Positions 1 through 9,155 of a stretch of DNA of 64,000 nucleotides are shown piece by piece. A program made the translations under genes and the position numbers. The notes beneath the pieces are model-generated. The model saw nothing but the letters and a program-made list of their open reading frames with translations, was not told the DNA's origin and searched no databases. The DNA comes from an uncultured delta proteobacterium. GTDB taxonomy: Bacteria; Desulfobacterota; Desulfobacteria; Desulfobacterales; UBA2156. Location: NCBI GenBank assembly GCA_963698465.1, contig CAVOQY010000013.1:228559-292558 (forward strand), written 5' to 3'. The stretch's first letter is position 1. Every line of letters starts with the position of its first letter.

Positions 1-2464
1 ACCGTTTCCCGACATGCCAGTTTTTTCTCCTTGAAGTCATGCTCCCGATTCCGGCGGCAAACAGCAGGGTAAAAATGACGGTGGCAAAGGTGTGTGTCGG
101 AAAACCGATGAGTTTTGTGAAGATCTGGATAAATGTCAGCTCGATGATAATGAACCCGGCCCCGAGGCACGAGAAGTATACCAGATATACGGGCATCCCT
201 TCCCATCGCGTGCGTCCCAGAGGTGTGCTGGTGAAAGGGATGAGGATGAAAATAAAAGAAAAAAGAATAGACATCCCGCCCACGACGAAGAGGCTGATCC
301 AGTCATAGGGGAGAAATTGTCTGAGCTGGTTGTTGAGAAAATACGCGGTCCCCCCATCGAGGTATTTTGACGTTCCGACGGAGAGGCTGCTGTTGGACTT
401 TCGGATCATGTTGAAATGCGGCTTGTCGTCGGTTGCCGGCCGAATGACGTAATCGGCCTGGGCAGCGGTTTCTTCGGGAAATGGATGCGCGAGGAATTCT
501 GCCGGAATCAGGTTGTCTTCAGGGCGCAGCGGATTAAATGCAATTTGATAGGCGGGCATGGGCGGTCTCGGAGAGGTGAGCATCGCCGGGGTCCCGTTTC
601 GGGTGAGCCACACGGAAAACCCTTTTTCCGGGTGTGGGTTATCCGAGGAAATTTCGATTTCGAAATTCCGGCCCATTGTTCCGGTGACCGTCTCGAATTT
701 AAATTCAACAGTGTTGTTGTCGCCGATTCCCTCTCCGGGTAAAGAGCCCGACCCGACCAGCGCTCCATTGGAGTCGAATATTTTCAAGGTAATCGGGTAA
801 TCCAGTTTTTCTTGGTGGTAGGTCCCGATGATCAGGGAAACGCCGTTGATTTCATTTGCGTCGGCTATAAAACCGGCCCTGAAGGGGTTGTTTTTGACCA
901 CTTTTCTCGAGGGCTTTGCCGCCGGGGGGCGCTCCTGGAGACGCCCCGTTTTTTCCCGGTTCATGTACTGGTAAAGCCGTTCCACCTCTTCCTGAGTCCA
1001 GGGCGTCATTTTAATCAAAAGCGTCGGGAGGTTGTCCGGAATAAAGCGTTCGAAAACCAGCACGTGCCGCGCAAAGTGGGTGCGCCCGAGTTTGTGCCAT
1101 CCAAGGCCCGCCGTGGTGATCATCCGCGGATAAAGGTGATGGTTGATCTGAAGTACGCCGTCTTCCTTCAGGTGCTCGAAATATTCCATATAGGCTTCCG
1201 CGGTCTGGAGATAGACAGAGCTCAAGACCCCTGAACCGCTTGCCAGACTGCAGCTGGTGTGGTTGCTGAACATCTGGATGATGTCATATCTTTTTGGGGA
1301 GGAGCGCAGGAAGGTCCTTCCTTCTCCCACGGGGTAATTCACCTTCGGGTGAACAAAAACCCCCCCGGAAAACTCAACGTATCTCGTTTTCACCGCTTCC
1401 ACCATCGCTCCCACAAGATCGATGGCATCCACGTGCGATGCACCGAAGATCAGCGCGGTTTTGGTTTCGCTTCCCACCGCAGCCCCGATGATCAGGACTT
1501 CCGCATCCTTTCCCTGCTTGAGATAATGGACCGCGGAGCTAATCCCGTAGAAATAGTCCTCGGGCTGTTCCCGGATCTGCCTGGTGAAAACTTCGTAATT
1601 TCCGTCAAATTTCTGAAGCCAGGACCCCTGCTGGCCCCCGTCGAGAGAAAAATTCTTGGAGTTCGGGCCGGCACTGATCACGTCGAGCTTGGACACCGGA
1701 TCCCATCGGACATATTCCCTAAACCCCATCTGGATGAGATCGTCCACCCCCCTTTTGTTTCCATGGCCCCTGAAATCCATGTAGTCATTCAAGGACAGCG
1801 GATAGAGGACAAGAGCTAAAAACACCGGAACCAGGAAATAAAGCCTCTTGATTTTCCACGAGGTAAACAAATAGCCTGCAATGAGGAGAAGCCCCGAAAT
1901 CAGAAACAGCAGACCCCCCGGCCCATAGTGGGGAATGAGCGGGACTAGAATCAGGCATCCCATGCCCGCGCCGGTGAGGTCGAAAAAATACAGTCCGTGA
2001 CTCTCCGAGGAGAAATTTGAAAACAGGATGGAGATGATGATGCCTCCGATGAAAAACGGGGCGGTCAGGACGAGATACATCCCTGCCCACGACAGCAGTT
2101 GAAGGATCAGGGAGGTTCCCCCGAAATCGAGGTTGAACGGCAGCCAATTGAAAGCGGGCAGGATCGAGAGCGCCAGCAGGGCATACAAGCAAGCCAAAGC
2201 GGGAAGCGAGCGGACTTCGTATCCCGTTTTGCTCTTGAAAACGAACAGGTAGATGCCGCCCAGGCCCAGGGCAAACATGGAAACAGTGATCACCATGTAT
2301 CCCATGACCGGGTTGAGAATCACGTCGAGCGTCCGGATCAGGCTCAATTGAAGCAGAAGGGTCGACATCGTGACAAGCCCCAATCCAAATTTGATCCTCA
2401 AAAGATGCGGGCGGTTGGCACCGGCAACCTCCGGCTGGTCTTGTTTCGTCTCTAACGAATTCAT
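1..2464 (-). CDS. Polytopic membrane protein with a spermidine-synthase-like (class I SAM-fold) domain; C-terminus runs off the window start
   Basis: Absent from the ORF track because it has no in-window stop. Reverse-complement reading from ATG 2464..2462 (AAGGA upstream) gives MNSLETKQDQPEV..., then several hydrophobic helices (DLTGAGMGCLILVPL). This is followed by 'AEVLIIGAAVGSETKTALIFGASHVDAIDLVGAMVEAVKTRY' and 'YDIIQMFSNHT', a beta-rich insert, and more TM helices. Spot checks at ~nt 300 and ~nt 1000 confirm the frame stays open. Confidence 0.75.
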   Translation of the reverse strand, partial: MNSLETKQDQPEVAGANRPHLLRIKFGLGLVTMSTLLLQLSLIRTLDVILNPVMGYMVITVSMFALGLGGIYLFVFKSKTGYEVRSLPALACLYALLALSILPAFNWLPFNLDFGGTSLILQLLSWAGMYLVLTAPFFIGGIIISILFSNFSSESHGLYFFDLTGAGMGCLILVPLIPHYGPGGLLFLISGLLLIAGYLFTSWKIKRLYFLVPVFLALVLYPLSLNDYMDFRGHGNKRGVDDLIQMGFREYVRWDPVSKLDVISAGPNSKNFSLDGGQQGSWLQKFDGNYEVFTRQIREQPEDYFYGISSAVHYLKQGKDAEVLIIGAAVGSETKTALIFGASHVDAIDLVGAMVEAVKTRYVEFSGGVFVHPKVNYPVGEGRTFLRSSPKRYDIIQMFSNHTSCSLASGSGVLSSVYLQTAEAYMEYFEHLKEDGVLQINHHLYPRMITTAGLGWHKLGRTHFARHVLVFERFIPDNLPTLLIKMTPWTQEEVERLYQYMNREKTGRLQERPPAAKPSRKVVKNNPFRAGFIADANEINGVSLIIGTYHQEKLDYPITLKIFDSNGALVGSGSLPGEGIGDNNTVEFKFETVTGTMGRNFEIEISSDNPHPEKGFSVWLTRNGTPAMLTSPRPPMPAYQIAFNPLRPEDNLIPAEFLAHPFPEETAAQADYVIRPATDDKPHFNMIRKSNSSLSVGTSKYLDGGTAYFLNNQLRQFLPYDWISLFVVGGMSILFSFIFILIPFTSTPLGRTRWEGMPVYLVYFSCLGAGFIIIELTFIQIFTKLIGFPTHTFATVIFTLLFAAGIGSMTSRRKNWHVGKR

Positions 2465-2763
2465 CTGTAAAGGATTCCTTTCGTTGTATTTTCAGACAGG
2501 CCGAGCATGGCGGATAGATTTTGCTGCATTTTCCCACGCTATTTCAGCCCGTGCGCGCCTTATATATGGACCCCGCCCGGGCGGCAATAATAAAACTAAG
2601 CCAGAAAGCTCTTGGGGTAGCTTTTTCCGCGTAAAGCGAACCCTCCAAATTGAGCCCGGCGCCTTTCGCCCTTCTCCCGGTTCCCGCACACATTTCTGCA
2701 GGCGCTGTTTCTCTGCATCGCTTTGTTCAATTGAACGTGGTGCGTGACAACAACTATCTACAA

Positions 2764-4287
2764 TTATTTCATGATGTTCTTTTTCATTTCCGCATATTCA
2801 AGTTGAAGTCCGTTCGGAAAAATGTATTTCAGGATGTCAGTCCGGACATAACCGGCATGTGAAAAAAAGTTGACCATGTCTAATGTGGTAAACAGCTGTA
2901 GCTCTTCGATTCTGTTTTCAAGGGCGATTTGTTCGAGAAACGCCAAAATCTTCGTCTTGGTCTGTCCGGCCAGCACTGGTGTCGCCACGTGGAATGAATC
3001 AATCGCTCCCTTTTGGAGGTCGATCTGGCCGAAACCGATGATCACGCCGTTGAGTTCGGCCACGACCATTTCCCTTTCGAAAATCAGCTTGTCGTAGGTT
3101 CTCGGCGAAAGAGTTTCCATCCAGGTGTCGATGACCGCTTCCGAGTAAAAGGGGTTCTGGCTAAGCTTTTCCACCGACAGAGAGTGAACATCGTAAATCC
3201 CGATCTTGTCCCCCACCGTCGCCCGCCTTAGGAAAATCTGTCCGCTGCTCGGAGCAGGAGGGAATTCTCGTTTCGTTGGGTCCAAAGGCCCGCGCTCAGC
3301 AGCGAGGAACTTCGGAATGTCTTCGGCCAAAACGCGCGACATGGCCCTTGCCGAATCCGGCAAGAGATGGGATTGATCGGTGGCGAGGCTGCCAGTCCTG
3401 GGATCCGAATCATAGTCGATGAAGGGTACCTGGAGGGCGCTTGCGATTTTTTCGGGATGCATATCGTGAGGGAGCCTGGATTCGATATTCCTCATTTCAG
3501 ACCCGATGGGCAGGCGGATGAGAACGACCTCCCAGCCCAGCATCCGGGCCTCGCGGAGAACCTGGAGGAGCTTCTCCTTCTGTCCCTCATAGTGCTCGCT
3601 GTGCTCACCGATTTTATTTAAAACCGCCGTATAGTACCCGGCATCGGGGATGTTCACGGTTCCATCGTTGTTTCCACCTTTAGCGTTGAAAAAGCCTTCC
3701 TCGAAATGCGTTCTGGAAAACCATCCGAACCGTAAGGTGTACCCGTTTTCCCGATAGTGCTGGAAATGGAGGAATAGATTTTTCAAACCGCGGCCGTAAG
3801 TGTAGAATTTTTCGACGGCCCAGTTGGCGATCCGGTGGTCAAGGTAGTCCTGGAGTTTGATGCCCGGGACAGGCGATCCTGGGGATGTATTGAAGTGGTA
3901 GAACCCGGCAGAACTGAAATTGATCACCAGAATGCCGGGGATTTTACGGGGATGATTCTCCAGGAGAAACTCCGCAATCTTCCTTGCGGATCCGGCCGAA
4001 AGCCCCGCATTGACTACCTTCACATCCAGCCCCTTCTCGTCCTGAATCAACGAGGTGACCAGTTTGTCTCCGAATCCCCAATCGACCCGGCTGTCCCCCA
4101 CCACGTAGACAACCTTCTCGGCATCGGCGTTTTGGATTTTCCACTGGAACTCGAAAGCGGTCTTGCCTGGAACAACGGCGGGCATTCCGCCGGTGCGTCT
4201 AAAGCCGAACTCGACCCCTCCAATGATCAGGGTTACGAGTATGAGCGATGACCAGAGAAAGCGCAGGTTAGGGTTCGAGGGTGTCAT
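2764..4287 (-). CDS. Membrane-anchored SGNH/DltD-AlgJ-like O-acyl transfer protein fused to a C-terminal GNAT-like domain
   Basis: 507 aa with a TM anchor (LWSSLILVTLIIGGV). SGNH-like blocks 'VVYVVGDSRVDWG', 'VVNAGLSAGS' and 'ATDQSHLL'. C-terminal GNAT-like region 'VVAELNGVIIGFGQIDL', 'LFTTLDMVNFFSHAGY'. GGAAGGGA precedes ATG 4287. Lies immediately downstream of the MBOAT gene. Confidence 0.7.
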   Translation of the reverse strand: MTPSNPNLRFLWSSLILVTLIIGGVEFGFRRTGGMPAVVPGKTAFEFQWKIQNADAEKVVYVVGDSRVDWGFGDKLVTSLIQDEKGLDVKVVNAGLSAGSARKIAEFLLENHPRKIPGILVINFSSAGFYHFNTSPGSPVPGIKLQDYLDHRIANWAVEKFYTYGRGLKNLFLHFQHYRENGYTLRFGWFSRTHFEEGFFNAKGGNNDGTVNIPDAGYYTAVLNKIGEHSEHYEGQKEKLLQVLREARMLGWEVVLIRLPIGSEMRNIESRLPHDMHPEKIASALQVPFIDYDSDPRTGSLATDQSHLLPDSARAMSRVLAEDIPKFLAAERGPLDPTKREFPPAPSSGQIFLRRATVGDKIGIYDVHSLSVEKLSQNPFYSEAVIDTWMETLSPRTYDKLIFEREMVVAELNGVIIGFGQIDLQKGAIDSFHVATPVLAGQTKTKILAFLEQIALENRIEELQLFTTLDMVNFFSHAGYVRTDILKYIFPNGLQLEYAEMKKNIMK

Positions 4288-4345
4288 TTTCGGTTCCCTT
4301 CCGGAACCGAGGCTTCTTTATAAGAATTCGTCATCCGGGTGCCTG

Positions 4346-5755
4346 TTAGAACTGGAAATAGATGAAGTCGCTTCTTTCGCCGCCAAGATAATACAGGGAT
4401 AGAAGGACTCCGCAGGTCACCGCGAAACGTAGCCCTTCATGTTTTTCGATTAGAGCGAAGACATCGTGCTTTCGGGTCATGCCATGCAAAAGAAATACGG
4501 ACAGGATCACCGCGTAATCCGAAGCCCACTCTTCGTAAACCTTTAAATCACCGAAAAAAAGACCACTCAGCATCCCGATTCCCTGTTCAAGAGTTTGGGA
4601 TCGGAACGGGATCCATGCCATGGAAACCATGAGATAAGTGAAAACGATCGCTCCCGCCACGGCCAAGTTTCTGCTCCAACCGTTTTTGAAGCGGATTTTC
4701 TCCATGCGCTCTTTCAGGAGGCGTTCCGCGCACAGATAGATGCCGTGCAGGGCTCCCCATAGGATAAACAGAAAGCTTGCGCCATGCCAAAGCCCTCCCA
4801 GCAGCATGGTGGCCATGAGGTTCAGATAAGTTCGGCCCGGGCCTTTCCGATTCCCTCCCAGTGGAATGTAAAGGTAGTCTCTCAGCCAGGTGGAAAGGGA
4901 AATGTGCCATCTGCGCCAGAAATCGGAAAACCCGGCCGCCGTATAGGGGGAATTGAAATTCCGATGAATATGAAACCCCATCATCCTCGCAATTCCTATG
5001 GCGATGAGGGAATAACCGCTGAAATCCCCGTAAATTTGAACGCCGAAGAGCATGGCCGCTGCCCAGTTTTCAAGGATACCGTTGAACTCCCACCTGAAAA
5101 ACAGGAGATTTACTCTCGGGGCAACGTTGTCGGCCAGGACGACCTTGAGAAAAAGCCCGATCAGGACGAAAGCAATGCCGCCGGCGATGTGCCCGTTTGA
5201 AATAATGCGCCTGCCCGACAGCTGGGGAAGGAAGTCTTTCGCCCGGACAATGGGCCCGGCCACCAATTGTGGAAAGAAAGCCACAAAGAAGGCGATGTCC
5301 AGCAGTCTCCGCTCTGCCTTGATTTTCCCGCGATAAACATCGATGGTGTAGCTCATGGTCTGAAACGTGTAAAAGGAGATTCCAACGGGCAAGGCCACCT
5401 GTATCAAAATCGGAGGCCAGTCGATCCCAACCCATTGGAGCATGGCGGAAGCGCTCGCGTTGAAAAAATTGAAGTACTTAAAAAAGCCTAAAACTCCCAG
5501 GTTGACGGACAGACTCCCTATGAGCAGCGCCTTCTTTCGTTTCGGGTACCCCTCCATTAATCTCGCTGCCGTGAAGTCCACAAGCGTCGATAAAATCAAA
5601 AGCGATAAAAAGGCAGGGTTCCACACGGCATAGAAAAAATAGCTGTAAAGAAGCGTCCAGACCTTCACGATACGGAGGTCGGCACTCCTTAGGATGAAAT
5701 AAATTGCCAAGAAGAAGATGAACGTTAATAGGAAAAAGACGGAATTGAAGACCAT
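4346..5755 (-). CDS. MBOAT-family membrane O-acyltransferase (AlgI/DltB/PatA type)
   Basis: 469 aa and multi-TM. Hallmarks 'FWRRWHISLSTWLRDYLYIPLGGNRKG' and 'GGLWHGASF'. Confidence 0.9.
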   Translation of the reverse strand: MVFNSVFFLLTFIFFLAIYFILRSADLRIVKVWTLLYSYFFYAVWNPAFLSLLILSTLVDFTAARLMEGYPKRKKALLIGSLSVNLGVLGFFKYFNFFNASASAMLQWVGIDWPPILIQVALPVGISFYTFQTMSYTIDVYRGKIKAERRLLDIAFFVAFFPQLVAGPIVRAKDFLPQLSGRRIISNGHIAGGIAFVLIGLFLKVVLADNVAPRVNLLFFRWEFNGILENWAAAMLFGVQIYGDFSGYSLIAIGIARMMGFHIHRNFNSPYTAAGFSDFWRRWHISLSTWLRDYLYIPLGGNRKGPGRTYLNLMATMLLGGLWHGASFLFILWGALHGIYLCAERLLKERMEKIRFKNGWSRNLAVAGAIVFTYLMVSMAWIPFRSQTLEQGIGMLSGLFFGDLKVYEEWASDYAVILSVFLLHGMTRKHDVFALIEKHEGLRFAVTCGVLLSLYYLGGERSDFIYFQF

Positions 5756-5826
5756 AATTCAGGATGCGGCTAAAAATTTTTTTCCAAAGACGATGGGGGC
5801 GTCAATTCGGACAGCGGCGTTTTGTT

Positions 5827-6502
5827 TCATCCGGTTTCACCGGCCCTGATGATTCTTAAGATACAATATAAAGATATGGATCGCGGCAGATACGTCGGAA
5901 AAAAGGAAGTGCACACGGACTTGAAATGGCTCTGGGCTGCAGCCAAGATCTGACGATGGTCGGAAACGTGTTCTTCGTCAAGCTTCGCGTCGGGCAAAAG
6001 GAGATAAGCCAGCTTCAGAATGAGGTCGGTCGCCGCGTTTTTCACGGGAAACCCCAGGATGAGGGTTGCGTCCTTTCGGCAGACTCTTTGGAGCTCTCGG
6101 AATGCTCCATCTAAGTCCCTGACATGCTCGATGACACTCATGGAAACAACGCAGTTGAAGGTTTTAGATGCAAACGGGATGTGCGTCAGGATCCCTCCAC
6201 CAGGGATGCCCGGATGTTCTCTTTTCAACCATCGACTTGACGAAATCCATTTTCCGGTGGATGTCGATGGCAAACAGACGGTCGCACTTCGTTTCGAGTT
6301 CCTTTAGAAAAATCCCCGAACCGCACCCGATATCCAGCAGGGACTCGGCTCTACCCTTCCCAAGCATCGAAGAAACGACGGCCAGCCGCCTGGTGTAAAA
6401 CCCCCTGGAAAAAGGAAGATAGTAAAATTTCAGGGGGTCCGCGACTTCAGTGGGCCGGATATTTTCTCTTTCAGGGAGCAGTATTTTAGCGGACGGGCGC
6501 AT
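5827..6502 (-). pseudogene. Class I SAM-dependent methyltransferase interrupted by a 1-nt frameshift (or an assembly error)
   Basis: ORF 6164..6502 carries motif I 'LLDIGCGSGIFL'. The overlapping ORF 5827..6273, in another frame, carries 'FNCVVSMSVIEHVRDLDGAFRELQRVCRKDATLILGFP'. The two join as ..FVKSMVEK|REHPGIPGG.. at the T4 run near 6219-6226. Confidence 0.75.
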
Positions 6503-8195
6503 TGTCTTTCGGGATCTCGATCAATCTCACCGGAAGGTTTTTGATGGGGAAAGTTTTAAGCAGTACGGCCTTTTCCATGATTTTCGGGTATGCACTCTGA
6601 AAAAAGCGCAATTCCTCCTTGCTGTTCCCGTCCCAAAGAAACAGATGGGTGACGGGGAACCGGTTGAAAGTGTCCTTAAAATTAAACCAGTTGTTTCCGA
6701 CGTAAAGGCAGCGGTGTTTGTTTTCGATGGTGCCCAGCGGCGACCACAGCCCCGCGATGAAAGCCTGATCTAGACTTCTGCCGAGTTCCCGGGAGGTTTC
6801 CACGACGGTGTATTGTGGCTGCCTGAGCCATGCCGTGTAAAATCTGCCGTTGATAAGGAAACTGACGGCAACGATGGATGCAACCAAGGCCCGGGAGGCC
6901 CCTCGAACGGTTCTTCCCCAGTCTATTTTATCCCTGCGTTTGAATTTCTGGAATAAGAATAAACTCATGGAAAGTACCAGGGCAGTGCCCAGGATGGGGT
7001 AGCCGCTTTTGGAAATCGTCTCAAGGCTGATGCATTTTTTAAAAAACAGCCTGAGCCAAAACAGAAGTGCGGGGGTCAGCAGCAGCGCCCCGAGAAGAAG
7101 AGCCCTCATCTCCGGAAACTCGGGCTTCAAATCCGCTTCCCAATTCCATAGCCGGTTTAAAATCAGGGCGGCCAGAAGGCACATTGCGGGGATCAGCGGG
7201 ACGAAATACCTTAGCGGCCGGTAGTTCAGGCCGCTGAGGGCAAAGTATCCGCCGACGAGCCATAGGAAGGCAAAGAGCTCCAGAGGATTCACTTTTTTCC
7301 AGTGTCGAATCCCCGAAAAAAGGAAGAAAGGGACATAGACCCAGCAGAGGAGTAGCTCCACTGGGGTATTGGTCATGTATTTCGTGAAGGTGAAAAAGGA
7401 AAGGTTGTACATGGCCCTTGCCAAAGTCCCCGGCATGGCAAGCCTGAGCCAGCTCTCCCCTACCCTGCCGAATTCCTCCTGGAGCGGCGTGAAGAAAAGG
7501 AGATACCATAGGATATAGGAAACGAAGAGGCCTCCGACAAAAAGAGCTATGGACAAGGCAGCGCTTTTAAACCTTTCTCCAGGGTTCTCCCGTTGGAACG
7601 ATGCGAATGCGAGGGAGAAAAAGCACGCGAGGACGAAGTACAGGGCCGAGGCCTTGGTGATGTAGCAGGCAAAGGCGCTGATTCCGGATAGAATGAGATA
7701 GGGTCGCTGAACGAGCCCTTTGCTCCAGAAATAAAGCGTCATGGCCATGGGAAGAAAGAGAAAGGTGTCGTTCAGGCCCAGCCTGTTGTACATGGCGAAA
7801 ACATAATTGAATCCCAGAATAAAAATGGCAAAAGACGCCGCGCGAAGTCCGTGGCTTGTTTGCACGACCCTGAATAGGAGGAAAAAACCGATGGAAACGG
7901 CAGTCACGTTGACCAGCCGAAGTGGAATAAGTCCCACCCCGAGGAGCGTAAAGGACAGGTATTCCAAGACGGACAGAATCGGGTTGTAGACAAGGGGGTT
8001 AAACTCGTCGGTGATCCAGTTTCCGAAAAGCGCCTTGTTTCTCGCGTTGTGTGCAAGGGCCGCTTCATCCCCGAAAAGCCCCCCGCTGGAGCTCAGATAA
8101 ACCGGGGGATCCGCATCCAGGTAGATGGCCCGGCTGCCTATGAGGACCAGAAACATCAAAATGACGAGGCCGTAATTTCTCAAAAAGAGTTTCAC
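6486..8195 (-). CDS. GT-C fold polytopic glycosyltransferase (ArnT/PMT-like)
   Basis: 569 aa with many TM helices. First-loop acidic motif 'LFGDEAALAHNARN'. The GTG start directly abuts the upstream TAA. Confidence 0.75.
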   Translation of the reverse strand: MKLFLRNYGLVILMFLVLIGSRAIYLDADPPVYLSSSGGLFGDEAALAHNARNKALFGNWITDEFNPLVYNPILSVLEYLSFTLLGVGLIPLRLVNVTAVSIGFFLLFRVVQTSHGLRAASFAIFILGFNYVFAMYNRLGLNDTFLFLPMAMTLYFWSKGLVQRPYLILSGISAFACYITKASALYFVLACFFSLAFASFQRENPGERFKSAALSIALFVGGLFVSYILWYLLFFTPLQEEFGRVGESWLRLAMPGTLARAMYNLSFFTFTKYMTNTPVELLLCWVYVPFFLFSGIRHWKKVNPLELFAFLWLVGGYFALSGLNYRPLRYFVPLIPAMCLLAALILNRLWNWEADLKPEFPEMRALLLGALLLTPALLFWLRLFFKKCISLETISKSGYPILGTALVLSMSLFLFQKFKRRDKIDWGRTVRGASRALVASIVAVSFLINGRFYTAWLRQPQYTVVETSRELGRSLDQAFIAGLWSPLGTIENKHRCLYVGNNWFNFKDTFNRFPVTHLFLWDGNSKEELRFFQSAYPKIMEKAVLLKTFPIKNLPVRLIEIPKDNAPVR

Positions 8196-9155
8196 TTATC
8201 GCCTCGCCGCATAGAGGACTCCGCCAATAACGGCATAAGCCAAAACCATCGCGAATGAGATCAGGGCCAGGGCGATGGACTCTGCGGAATCGACGCCGAT
8301 TTTGGCCAAAAAGAAGATGAACGCGTTCTCCCTCACCCCGATGCCGTTGATGGAGACCGGAAACATCAGGACGACATGAATCAGCGGAACGATCAGGAGG
8401 AAGTAATAGAAAGGAGCGCTGATTTTCAAGGCGCATGAAATGATGAAAAAAAAGACAATGACGTTGAGCTGCAGGAGGAAAGCCAGCAGGATCGCCTGGG
8501 AAAGTCTTTCCTTGTGGTCCTTGTAGAAATAGAAGGTGTTCAAAATGCGGTGGATTTTAATTTTTGCTTTTTCGAGCAGACTCGGGCTCGACGGCTCAAG
8601 GTGTATCCCCTGGAAATTCTTGATCAAAAAAGCGGCGGCGGCGAGGAATATGAAGAAGATTCCCCCCGCGTACCACACCATGGGAACGTTGCCGAATTTG
8701 GAATACCCGAGAACCAGGCCGGAAAAGGAATAGCAGATGAGCGCAAAGACTCCCGTAAGCCGCTCCACGACGATAACGGCCAAGGATTGTCCCAGGGACC
8801 GCGTCTTTTTGGAGACATCATACGTGCGAACGATGTCCCCTCCGATGGTGGTCGGCATGAAATTGTTGAAGAAGGTGCCGATGAGATACATTCGGACCAG
8901 CTCTTTGAGGGGGATGACCGCTCCGTGCGCTTTCAAAAGAACCTGCCAACGCAGCGCGCTGATGAGAAACCCTCCGGCGATCAACAGAAAGGCGGCGGCC
9001 AAAAAGAAAAAATCCGCTGATCTAACGGCTTCCCATATCTCAAAAAGATTGGTGGAACGCAGCGCAAAAATCATGAGCCCGGCGCTGAGACCCACCTTCC
9101 CGGTTATGATGAGGGTTTTTTTCATCAACGCTTCAAAACCACCCGTTTTTTTCAT
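8196..9155 (-). CDS. UPF0104 / LPG-synthase-TM 'flippase-like' membrane protein
   Basis: 319 aa with about 8 TM helices; 'LRWQVLL', 'YLIGTFFNNFMPTTIGGDIVR'. An alternative ATG at 9125 would remove the 23-nt overlap with the upstream gene. Confidence 0.75.
   Translation of the reverse strand: MKKTGGFEALMKKTLIITGKVGLSAGLMIFALRSTNLFEIWEAVRSADFFFLAAAFLLIAGGFLISALRWQVLLKAHGAVIPLKELVRMYLIGTFFNNFMPTTIGGDIVRTYDVSKKTRSLGQSLAVIVVERLTGVFALICYSFSGLVLGYSKFGNVPMVWYAGGIFFIFLAAAAFLIKNFQGIHLEPSSPSLLEKAKIKIHRILNTFYFYKDHKERLSQAILLAFLLQLNVIVFFFIISCALKISAPFYYFLLIVPLIHVVLMFPVSINGIGVRENAFIFFLAKIGVDSAESIALALISFAMVLAYAVIGGVLYAARR

Noticed and set aside
1785-2537. 250-aa minus-strand ORF listed in the track
   Set aside because: It is out of frame with the long edge-truncated membrane-protein ORF that starts at 2464. 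Its sequence is Cys/Arg/Pro-rich, whereas the other frame gives coherent TM helices and a SAM-fold motif.
4288-4310. 7-bp hairpin (cggttcc-cttcc-ggaaccg) overlapping the RBS of the SGNH-GNAT gene as a translational regulator
   Set aside because: The stem is short and could arise by chance in GC-rich DNA, and there is no supporting conservation information.
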